A DNA stretch of 41,162 bases from Chloroflexi bacterium HGW-Chloroflexi-1. GTDB lineage: Bacteria > Chloroflexota > Anaerolineae > CG2-30-64-16. The stretch covers positions 1 through 41,162 of the forward strand of contig PHCA01000041.1 in assembly GCA_002842085.1 (NCBI GenBank). The letters are read 5' to 3'. Below the pieces are notes generated by a model, which was not told the DNA's origin, did not search any database, and saw nothing but the letters and a program-made list of their open reading frames with translations. Made by a program: the position numbers and the translations under genes. Shown in pieces: positions 8,946-16,250 of the stretch (positions are counted from its first letter, which is position 1; every line of letters starts with the position of its first letter).

Positions 8946-11339
8946 ATGCACGAAGAGCTGTTGGCCGGACTGAACCCGGCCCAGTTGGAAGCGGTGACTA
9001 CGATCCAGGGGCCCGTGCTGGTGCTGGCCGGCCCGGGTTCGGGCAAAACGCGCGTGCTGGCTCACCGCGTGGCCTATCTGCTGCGGGCGGTTGGCGCGCA
9101 CCCGCGCTCGGTGCTGGCGGTGACCTTCACCAACAAGGCCGCTCAAGAGATGCGCACACGCGTCAACCGGCTGCTCAACGAGACCGTGCCCACCAGCACC
9201 GGTTGGCGCGGGCTGACCCTCGGCACGTTCCACAGCATCTGCGCGTACGTCTTGCGCCAGGAGGCCCCCGCGGCCGGGCTCAACCCCAACTACGTGATCT
9301 ACGACGCCGGGGAGCAGTTGACCGCCGTACGCCAGACGCTGCGCGATCTGAAGCTGGACGACAAGCTCTACCGGCCGGAGGCGATGCGCGCGGCCATCTC
9401 CCGCGCCAAGAACGAGCTGATCCGGCCGGACGCCTTTGTGGCTGACAGCTACTGGGCCGAGATCGCCCGCCGGGTCTACGTCCGTTACGAAGAGATCATG
9501 ACGGCCAACGGCGCGCTGGACTTCGACGACCTCTTGGCCCGCACCGTGTACCTGCTGCACGATCAGCCCACGGTCCTGGAACACTATCGCGGACGGTACG
9601 CCTACCTGCTCGTCGACGAATTCCAGGACACCAACACCGCGCAGTACGAACTGGTGCGGCTGCTGGCCGGCAAAACGCACAACCTGTTTGCTGTAGGAGA
9701 CGAGGACCAGTCAATTTACGGCTTCAGGGGCGCCGACTACCGCAATGTGCGGCGTTTCCGAGAGGATTTCCCGGAGGCGAAGGTGATCTTGTTGGAGCAA
9801 AACTACCGCTCCACCGAGACGATCCTGGACACGGCCAACGCCATCATCACCCGCAACGTGCACCGCACCCCGAAGAAGCTGCGCACCCAACGCGGCCGCG
9901 GCGCTGAGGTGACGGTGCATGAGGCCTATGACGAAACGGACGAAGCCGCGTTCGTCTCGAACACCATCCAACGCCTGGTGTCCACCGGCCAGGCCCGGCT
10001 GGGTGACTGTGCGGTGATGTATCGCACCAACGCGCAATCGCGGCCGCTGGAAGACGCCTTCGTGAGCCGCGGGATGCCCTACCGGCTGGTCGGCGGCACC
10101 CGTTTCTACCAACGCCGCGAGATCAAGGATGCGCTGGCCTACTTGCGGCTGGTGCACAATCCCGCCGACAACATCGGCCTGAGCCGGGTGATCAACGTGC
10201 CGACGCGCGGGATCGGGAGCAAGACCCTCGAGACGTTGGCGACGTGGAGCGAACAACTGGGGGTGCCCATGACCGGCGGCCTGGCGCTGGTGGCAGGAGA
10301 TCTCAAGAGCCCGGCCCCGCTGGCCGAGGCGCTGGCGCGCTTCCCCGAGCCCCCCGAACACCCCTTCGGACGGGCCGCCCAGCGGGCGCTGCTCGCCTTC
10401 CACCGCATGTTGGCCGGCTGGTTGGCCGCCCGCGATGGGTTGACCGTCGCGGACCTGTTGGACCGGATCACCGAGGAGTCGGGCTACGCGACCTCGCTGC
10501 GCGACGGCACGGAAGAAGGCGAAGACCGCTGGAACAACCTGCAGGAGCTGCGGACCGTGGCCGCCCAGTACGATGAGTTCCCCCCCGACCTGCGGCTGAC
10601 CGCGTTCCTGGAAGAGGTCGCGTTGGTCTCCGATCAGGACGAACTGATCGAGGAGGAGGACCGGGTCACCCTGCTCACCCTGCACGCGGCCAAGGGGCTG
10701 GAGTTCCCGGTTGTATTCCTCGTAGGATTGGAGGAGAACATCTTCCCGCACAGCCGCAGCCTGGAGGATCCCGACCAGATGGAGGAGGAACGCCGGCTGA
10801 TGTACGTGGGGGTCACCCGGGCCAAGGACCGCCTGTACGCGGTGCGCGCCTTCCGCCGCATGCTCTACGGTCGCGGCCAAGTCAACGAGCCATCGCGATT
10901 TCTGAAGGATATCCCCGGCGTGCAGAGCGGGCCCGGCAAGGCCAGGCGGAATGCGGGCAGCTACGGCGGCTTCGCCGGGGGCGACGCCGAAGGACGTGTT
11001 GGCGCGGCGTTGGGCCGCGCAAAAGGTGGAGGAAGCGCTGCTAACGACGAAACCGGTTTCGGTTTTCAGTCGGCGGCGGCTAAACGGGGCCCATCGGGCG
11101 GCGCGAAGTGGTCTCCGGGCGCGTATCGACCGGCCTCGGATGAAGAACCAGTCCAGGCTCAAGCCCGCCAGACGCAGTTCGAACCCGGAGATCGCGTCGA
11201 CCACGGCCTGTTCGGGCCGGGCGTCGTGCTCAAATCCGAGCTGACCGCGGGCGATGAGGAAGTGACTGTGACGTTCGCGGGCAAAGGCGCCAAGACGCTG
11301 TTGGCGAGTTTCGCCAGGCTGCGGAAGATCGGCCAATAG
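8946..11339 (+). CDS. pcrA: ATP-dependent DNA helicase, UvrD/PcrA family
   Basis: AGGAG lies 5 nt upstream of the ATG. Walker A AGPGSGKT, LLVDEFQDTN, FAVGDEDQSIYGFRGA, VMYRTN, LLTLHAAKGLEFPVVFL, YVGVTRA. The C-terminal segment GDRVDHGLFGPGVV is Tudor-like. Confidence 0.95.
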   Translation: MHEELLAGLNPAQLEAVTTIQGPVLVLAGPGSGKTRVLAHRVAYLLRAVGAHPRSVLAVTFTNKAAQEMRTRVNRLLNETVPTSTGWRGLTLGTFHSICAYVLRQEAPAAGLNPNYVIYDAGEQLTAVRQTLRDLKLDDKLYRPEAMRAAISRAKNELIRPDAFVADSYWAEIARRVYVRYEEIMTANGALDFDDLLARTVYLLHDQPTVLEHYRGRYAYLLVDEFQDTNTAQYELVRLLAGKTHNLFAVGDEDQSIYGFRGADYRNVRRFREDFPEAKVILLEQNYRSTETILDTANAIITRNVHRTPKKLRTQRGRGAEVTVHEAYDETDEAAFVSNTIQRLVSTGQARLGDCAVMYRTNAQSRPLEDAFVSRGMPYRLVGGTRFYQRREIKDALAYLRLVHNPADNIGLSRVINVPTRGIGSKTLETLATWSEQLGVPMTGGLALVAGDLKSPAPLAEALARFPEPPEHPFGRAAQRALLAFHRMLAGWLAARDGLTVADLLDRITEESGYATSLRDGTEEGEDRWNNLQELRTVAAQYDEFPPDLRLTAFLEEVALVSDQDELIEEEDRVTLLTLHAAKGLEFPVVFLVGLEENIFPHSRSLEDPDQMEEERRLMYVGVTRAKDRLYAVRAFRRMLYGRGQVNEPSRFLKDIPGVQSGPGKARRNAGSYGGFAGGDAEGRVGAALGRAKGGGSAANDETGFGFQSAAAKRGPSGGAKWSPGAYRPASDEEPVQAQARQTQFEPGDRVDHGLFGPGVVLKSELTAGDEEVTVTFAGKGAKTLLASFARLRKIGQ

Positions 11340-11340
11340 C

Positions 11341-11627
11341 AGATGGCAAATGGCAAATGGCGGATGGCAGATGGCGGATGGCAGATGGCGGATGGCAGAT
11401 GGCGGATGGCAGATGGCGGATCGCAGATGGCGGATGGCAGATGGCAGATGGCAGATGGCGGATGGCAGATGGCAGATGGCGGATGGCAGATGGCAGATGG
11501 CGGATGGCAGATGGCAGATGGCGGATGGCAGATGGCAGATGGCAGATGGCGGATGGCGGATGGCGAATAGCAGTGGCAAACCGGCAATCGCAAATCTGAA
11601 ATCGCAAATCGCAAATCGCGACCTTCG
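11341..11627. repeat. Heptamer tandem arrays: (GGCAAAT/GGCRGAT) about 33 units, then (AATCGCA) about 6 units
   Basis: Read directly. Starts 2 nt after the pcrA TAG stop and generates the spurious MADGRWQ ORFs. Confidence 0.97.
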
Positions 11628-11640
11628 CAAGGTTCTTTGC

Positions 11641-11925
11641 CTAAACAGAAACTGGCCTGAGCCACGCACGGGCGAGTATCCAGCGGCCGAGCAGCCCCTG
11701 GCTGCCGGCCGCAGCGAGCCGCAGCTCGAAGGTCTCCTGCGTGGGCGTGCGGACCAGGTAGCAGCGCCACACGACCCCATCGACCTCTTCCAGCCACTCG
11801 CGGCCGGTGTCGGCGATATAGCGGGTGCGCTCGCGCCAGATGAAGGCGGTCGGCACGATCCGACCGTCGGGCATGAACCGGGCCTGGACGAGGATCGGTT
11901 CGTCCACGAATTCAGGTAGGGACAT
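11641..11925 (-). CDS. Small hypothetical protein (about 94 aa)
   Basis: Protein-like composition (MSLPEFVDEPILVQARFMPDGRIVPTAFIWRERTRYIADTGREWLEEVDG..). ATG at 11925 has GGAGA 7 nt upstream. I recognise no family. Confidence 0.45.
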   Translation of the reverse strand: MSLPEFVDEPILVQARFMPDGRIVPTAFIWRERTRYIADTGREWLEEVDGVVWRCYLVRTPTQETFELRLAAAGSQGLLGRWILARAWLRPVSV

Positions 11926-12640
11926 GAGTTTCTCCAACAAACGTTACGACGCGGTGACCCTGGACATGGGGTTCACCCTGGTCAATCTGGAGGGCAGCAC
12001 GCATCGCGATCTGCTCGCCGCGCTGGCGGCAGAAGCGGGCCTGACCCTGACCCTGGACGACGTTCGTCGGGCGATACGCGCTTTCTGGCGCGAGTGGACG
12101 GCCGAAAATGCCACGCGCGTGTGGCATCCCAGCCTGGCCCAGGATCAGGCCTCCTCCTACGAGATAGACCAGCAAATCTGTCTGCGGCTGGGCATCACCG
12201 ACCCGGCTCTGCACGCCGAGGCCAACCGCCGTTCGGAGGCGATCTTCCACGACCTGGCGACCTTCCAAGTCTTCCCCGAGGTGTTCGAGGCGTTGACCAC
12301 CCTACGAACGCAGGTGGAGACCCTGGGCATCCTCTCCAACTGGGGGTGGCGATTGCCGGAGTTGTGCGCGGCATTGGGCCTGGCCGACTACTTCGACTTC
12401 ATCATCACCTCGGCCCGGATCGGCGCGGCCAAACCCCACCCGAACATCTTCCGGGCCGCGCTCGCCCGGGCTGCGAGCGACCCGGCGCGCACCCTGCACG
12501 TGGGCGACGATCTCGCCGCGGACGTGCACGGCGCCCAGGCGCTGGGCATCACCGGCGTATTGCTGGACCGGCACGGCGCCATCACACCCGACGGTTTTCC
12601 TGTCGTGCACAGTCTCACCGAGGTGGTGACGCTTTTGTGA
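11924..12640 (+). CDS. HAD-superfamily hydrolase, subfamily IA (haloacid dehalogenase / REG-2-like type)
   Basis: Motif I VTLDMGFTL (DxxxT type), motif II ILSNW, motif III AKPHPNIF, motif IV HVGDDLAADVHGA. Confidence 0.85.
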   Translation: MSFSNKRYDAVTLDMGFTLVNLEGSTHRDLLAALAAEAGLTLTLDDVRRAIRAFWREWTAENATRVWHPSLAQDQASSYEIDQQICLRLGITDPALHAEANRRSEAIFHDLATFQVFPEVFEALTTLRTQVETLGILSNWGWRLPELCAALGLADYFDFIITSARIGAAKPHPNIFRAALARAASDPARTLHVGDDLAADVHGAQALGITGVLLDRHGAITPDGFPVVHSLTEVVTLL

Positions 12641-12770
12641 CACGGTGACCGGGTGACAAGGTGACATCGAGTAACATCGCTGTGCCTCCTTGTTTACTCT
12701 TGTCTACTTGTCTACTTGCCTACTTATCCCTTGTCTACTTGTCTACTTGTCTACGCGTTTCCTTGTCTCC
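12637..12770. repeat. Paired octamer arrays: (GGTGACAN)x4 (12637-12668) and (CTTGTCTA-like) about 10 units (12689-12770)
   Basis: Read directly. Lies between the convergent HAD and pncC genes. The HAD TGA stop (12638-12640) is inside the first unit. Confidence 0.95.
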
Positions 12771-13263
12771 TCAAATACCGTACCAACAGCCGCAACACCG
12801 CCTCGGCCGAGAGCCGTTTGTTCCCGATCCGATCAGCGTCCCACACGTGTCGCTCGCCGATCTCCGCGTCGGCCGCCGAGAGGTGGAGATGCACCAGCCC
12901 CACCGGCTTGCCTGGCAGCCCGCCCTCCGGCCCCGCGATGCCCGTCACCGAGGCCGCGATGTCCGCGCCGAAGAGCCGTCGCGCGCCCTGCGCCATCTCC
13001 GCGGCCGTCTCCGCGCTCACCGCGCCGTGGGCCAGCAGCGTTTCGTGCCGCACGCCCAACACCGCCTCCTTGGCGCTGTAGGCGTAGGTCACCGCGCTGC
13101 CCAGGAAATAGTCCGAGCTGCCCGACACGTCGGTGACCAGACTGCCGGTCAACCCGCCCGTGCACGACTCGGCCAGCGCCAGGGTCAAGCCTTGCGCTGT
13201 CAGGAGTCGGCCAACTTCTTCGGCCAACACAAGTGCCGACTGTAAGTTGTGCATGTTATGCAC
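12751..13263 (-). CDS. pncC: CinA C-terminal-domain / nicotinamide-nucleotide amidohydrolase PncC family protein
   Basis: LALAESCTGGL..SLVTDVSGSSDYF..VTYAYSAKE..LGV....HGAVS.E.A..MA.G......ADI..SVTGIAGP.GG...KPVG.V. This is a typical CinA/PncC signature. GTG start with GAGGA upstream. Confidence 0.88.
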   Translation of the reverse strand: MHNMHNLQSALVLAEEVGRLLTAQGLTLALAESCTGGLTGSLVTDVSGSSDYFLGSAVTYAYSAKEAVLGVRHETLLAHGAVSAETAAEMAQGARRLFGADIAASVTGIAGPEGGLPGKPVGLVHLHLSAADAEIGERHVWDADRIGNKRLSAEAVLRLLVRYLRRQGNA

Positions 13264-13323
13264 TTGATCCTCAAGATTCCGGTTGATAGTTCCCCAGCCA
13301 GCGAATGCGCGGGTAATCTGCGT

Positions 13324-13435
13324 GGATGGCGGATGGCGGATGGCGGATGGCGGATGGCGGATGGCGGATGGCGAATGGCGAATGGCGGATGGCGAATGGC
13401 GGATGGCGAATGGCGAATGGCGGATGGCGGATGGG
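13324..13435. repeat. Heptamer tandem array (GGATGGC/GAATGGC) x16
   Basis: Read directly: 112 nt, 16 units. Lies between the divergent pncC and moxR genes. Confidence 0.97.
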
Positions 13436-13481
13436 TCATGGGCACAGTGTAGCCGATCGACGGGTATCCGTCAACTGAACC

Positions 13482-13505
13482 GCGGGCGCTGCTGACAGCG
13501 CCCGC
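13482..13505. terminator. GC-rich hairpin GCGGGCGCTG-CTGA-CAGCGCCCGC immediately upstream of the moxR promoter
   Basis: 10-bp perfect stem. No clear U-tract, so its function as an insulator or terminator is inferred. Confidence 0.4.
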
Positions 13506-13534
13506 TTGACTCTCGTGGCCGCCGCTGGTATACT
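13506..13534 (+). promoter_or_regulatory. Sigma70-like promoter TTGACT-17 nt-TATACT for moxR (about 190-nt leader)
   Basis: Read directly: TTGACT 13506-13511, TATACT 13529-13534. Confidence 0.6.
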
Positions 13535-13731
13535 CAACCCGAAAGCAAGTCACAGACGGAGCACCCAATGAGACCGTTCCGGAAAAATAGATATCCCATC
13601 CGCTCTGTAACTGGAGCCGGCTCAGGACCGGCGGCTCAGCCAGCTATTGGGCAAGCAGCAGGCGGGATCGTTGACCGAGGCGGAGCTGGCTGAGTTGTTC
13701 ACGCTGATGCAGGTTTACCAGGAGTCATTTC

Positions 13732-14697
13732 ATGGAACACCTCGAGGTCATCGCCTCGCTGGCCGAGCGAGTGGTCGACAACGTCGAGCACGTGATCATC
13801 GGCAAACGACGCGAGGTGGAGATGACGCTGATCGCGCTGCTGTGCGAGGGGCATCTACTGATCGAGGACGTACCGGGCGTCGGCAAGACGATGCTGGCGC
13901 GCGCGATCGCCAAATCGATCGGCTGCTCGTTCCGGCGCATCCAGTTCACCCCCGACATGCTGCCCAGCGACGTCACCGGCGTCTCGGTGTTCAACCAGAA
14001 GACGCGCGAGTTCGAGTTCCGGCCGGGCCCGGTCATGGCCCAGATCGTGCTGGCGGACGAGATCAACCGGGCCACCCCCAAGACCCAATCGGCCCTGCTG
14101 GAGGCGATGGAAGAGCGCCAGATGACTGTAGATGGCGTGACCTATATCATGGAGAAACCGTTCCTGGTGCTGGCGACACAAAATCCGATCGAATACGAGG
14201 GCACCTTCCCGCTGCCCGAAGCGCAAATCGACCGCTTCATGATGCGGGTGAGCCTGGGCTACCCCGCCAAAGCAGACGAGATTCGCATCCTGGAATCGCA
14301 GCGGGAACATCACCCGATCCAGGACATCGGTCAAGTGGTGACGGCCGCAGAGTTGTTGGCCGCCCAAACCGCGGTGCGCCAAATCTACGCGGACAATCTG
14401 ATCAAGGAGTACATCGTCGATCTGGCCAACGCCACCCGCCACCATCCGGACATTTACCTGGGCGTAAGCCCGCGCGGCAGCCTGGCCCTCTTCAAAACGG
14501 CCCGCGCCTACGCGACCTTGCAAGGCCGCACCTACGTCATCCCGGACGACCTCAAGGCGCTGCTGGCATCGACCTTTGCGCACCGCTTGATCATCAGCCC
14601 GTCGGCGCGCATCAAGAACGTCGAGGCCACCGCCGTCGTCGAGCAGATCGCCGCGTCGGTGCCGGTGCCAGGGACGCGGGTGAGGGCCATACGGTGA
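13732..14697 (+). CDS. moxR: MoxR-family AAA+ ATPase
   Basis: AGGAG lies 8 nt upstream. [33 protein letters not shown] (Walker A), [23 protein letters not shown] (Walker B / sensor), [22 protein letters not shown]. Confidence 0.93.
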   Translation: MEHLEVIASLAERVVDNVEHVIIGKRREVEMTLIALLCEGHLLIEDVPGVGKTMLARAIAKSIGCSFRRIQFTPDMLPSDVTGVSVFNQKTREFEFRPGPVMAQIVLADEINRATPKTQSALLEAMEERQMTVDGVTYIMEKPFLVLATQNPIEYEGTFPLPEAQIDRFMMRVSLGYPAKADEIRILESQREHHPIQDIGQVVTAAELLAAQTAVRQIYADNLIKEYIVDLANATRHHPDIYLGVSPRGSLALFKTARAYATLQGRTYVIPDDLKALLASTFAHRLIISPSARIKNVEATAVVEQIAASVPVPGTRVRAIR

Positions 14698-14767
14698 CAC
14701 GGTGACAGGGTGACAGGGTGACAAGGTGACGGGGTTGTCTACTTGTCTACCTGTTTCCTTGTCTACC
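14693..14767. repeat. Paired octamer arrays: (GGTGACAN)x5 followed directly by (TTGTCTAC-like) x4
   Basis: Read directly. The moxR TGA stop (14695-14697) is inside the first unit. Same unit pair and order as at 12637-12770. Confidence 0.95.
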
Positions 14768-14786
14768 CCAAAGCGAGGTCCAACCA

Positions 14787-16067
14787 TTGCGACGTTCCTG
14801 GGGCATCTTCCTCCTCTGGCTGCTGGCGCTGGTGTTCGCCTCGAGCACCGGGCGCGATCTGGCATTCAACCTGTTCTACTTCGTCACCGGGGTGATCTTG
14901 ATCGCGCTGTGGTGGGCCTGGTCCAATATACGCGGACTGGCGCTGCGACGAGTTACCCGGTCCCAACGCTCCCAGGTGGGCAAGTATTTTGAAGAGTCCT
15001 TGGAGCTGTCCAACCAGGCGCGCTGGGCCAAGTTATGGATCGAGGTGCATGATCTCTCCGATCTGCCCGGGCACCAGGTCAGCCGGGTGGTCAATTCGCT
15101 GCGCGGCCGGACGACCTCGCGCTGGCAGGTGCGCACCTTGTGCCAACAACGCGGCCGCTTCGCCCTGGGGCCGCTGGCGCTCACCAGCGGCGATCCGCTC
15201 GGCATCTTCAGATTCACCCGCACGCTCCCCGGCACGACGTCTCTGGTCGTCACACCGGCTATCATCCCCATCCCCGAATTCATCCAACCCACCGGCTATC
15301 TGCCTGGCGGAGAAGCGATGCGCCGCCGCACCCCCTACGTCACCGCCAGCATCTCCGGTGTGCGCGAATACGCGCCCGGAGACAGCTTCAACCGCATCCA
15401 CTGGCCTTCGACCGCCCGGACCGGCCGGCTGATCTCCAAGGAGTTCGAGCTGGACCCGCTGGCAGATGTGTGGATCTTTCTGGATATGTACGGGCCGGCC
15501 CAGGCCCAATCCCCCTGGATGCCCAAGGCCACCGACCCGTTGCCCTGGCTGACGCGCCGCGCGGACAGCGTCGAGCTGCCGCCCAGTACCGTCGAATATG
15601 GCGTCACCGTCGCCGCGTCCCTGGCCAACCACTTCCTCCAGGCGGATCGGGAGATCGGCTTTCTCAGCTACGCGCAACACCGCGAGATGGTCCAACCCGA
15701 CCGGGGAGAGCGGCAGTTGACCCGTTTGCTGGAAATTCTGGCCGTGATCCAGGGTACCGGGACCATTCCGTTGGCGCAAGTGCTCGCCAGCGAGGGCGCA
15801 CACATGGCCCGCCACACGACCCTGGTGGTGATCACCCCTGCGACCGACCATCACTGGGTCAGCGTGTTGCGAGGGCTGCGCGCCCGGGGCGTGCAAGGGG
15901 TCGGCATCCTGCTGGCCGGCAGCACGTTCGGCGCCGCGCCCGACTGGCAGCCGGTCCTCGGCGACCTGCAGGCCAGCGGCCTGCCCTCCTACCTGGTGAA
16001 ACGCGGGGACGACCTGGCCGTCGCGCTCAGCGGCCAACCCGGTGGGATCGGCCAGCCGAGGCGCTGA
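14787..16067 (+). CDS. DUF58-domain protein (usual MoxR partner), with two N-terminal TM segments
   Basis: TTG start with GAGG 8 nt upstream. DUF58 core GVREYAPGDSFNRIHWPSTARTGRLISKEFE. Sits directly downstream of moxR. Confidence 0.85.
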   Translation: MRRSWGIFLLWLLALVFASSTGRDLAFNLFYFVTGVILIALWWAWSNIRGLALRRVTRSQRSQVGKYFEESLELSNQARWAKLWIEVHDLSDLPGHQVSRVVNSLRGRTTSRWQVRTLCQQRGRFALGPLALTSGDPLGIFRFTRTLPGTTSLVVTPAIIPIPEFIQPTGYLPGGEAMRRRTPYVTASISGVREYAPGDSFNRIHWPSTARTGRLISKEFELDPLADVWIFLDMYGPAQAQSPWMPKATDPLPWLTRRADSVELPPSTVEYGVTVAASLANHFLQADREIGFLSYAQHREMVQPDRGERQLTRLLEILAVIQGTGTIPLAQVLASEGAHMARHTTLVVITPATDHHWVSVLRGLRARGVQGVGILLAGSTFGAAPDWQPVLGDLQASGLPSYLVKRGDDLAVALSGQPGGIGQPRR

Positions 16068-16112
16068 GTCCCACCAGCCCGAGCAAGCAGACACGGCCAG
16101 GATACTTGACAC

Positions 16113-16250
16113 GGGGTAAATTGGTAAATTGGTAACGGGGTGAATTGGTAAATTGGTAACGGGGTAAATTGGTAAATTGGTAACGGGGTAAATTGGTAAA
16201 TTGGTGACAGGGTGACCAATCTACCAACCTACCAACCTACCAATCTACCA
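16113..16250. repeat. Hierarchical array: 24-nt unit GGGGTAAATTGGTAAATTGGTAAC x4 (itself built of GGTAAATT octamers), then GGTGACAGGGTGACC, then (CTACCAAY) x4
   Basis: Read directly. Ends at the ATG (16251) of the S8 peptidase. Confidence 0.95.

Noticed and set aside
11341-11627. Possible CRISPR arrays (this and the other short-unit arrays)
   Set aside because: Units are 7-8 nt and directly abutting with no spacers. CRISPR repeats are typically about 23-50 nt separated by unique spacers. No cas genes are present.
9711-11780. Long antisense or alternative-frame ORFs (for example 2173-3762-, 9711-11780-, 16245-17855-, 19329-20927+, 21082-22425+, 23167-24300+, 34798-36009+, 36518-37405+, 38527-39369+, 40472-41116+)
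   Set aside because: These are typical high-GC shadow ORFs. Their composition is Arg/Gly/Pro/His-rich, they have no recognisable motifs, and each lies opposite a gene with clear family signatures.
11343-11919. ORFs translating as MADGRWQMADGGWQ... (also 13249-13495 and the minus-strand SAICHLPSAI ORFs 11159-11797, 13200-13568)
   Set aside because: They are translations of the stop-free heptamer arrays in several frames. They have no RBS, no non-repeat domain, and overlap one another.
13535-13731. The roughly 190-nt moxR leader as a riboswitch or uORF (peptide-like [20 protein letters not shown] in frame 0)
   Set aside because: It has only short local hairpins and no consensus I recognise. 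The peptide-like stretch has no stop before running into the moxR shadow frame. The evidence is insufficient.
13647-14705. 352-aa ORF overlapping moxR in another frame
   Set aside because: The moxR frame carries complete AAA+ motifs with a good RBS. This frame is Arg/Pro/Gly-rich after a short plausible-looking leader.
16212-16250. GTG 16212 as the start of the S8 peptidase (MTNLPTYQPTNLP...)
   Set aside because: These codons are the CTACCAAY repeat array. ATG 16251 precedes a normal basic/hydrophobic signal-like N-terminus. It remains a formal alternative.
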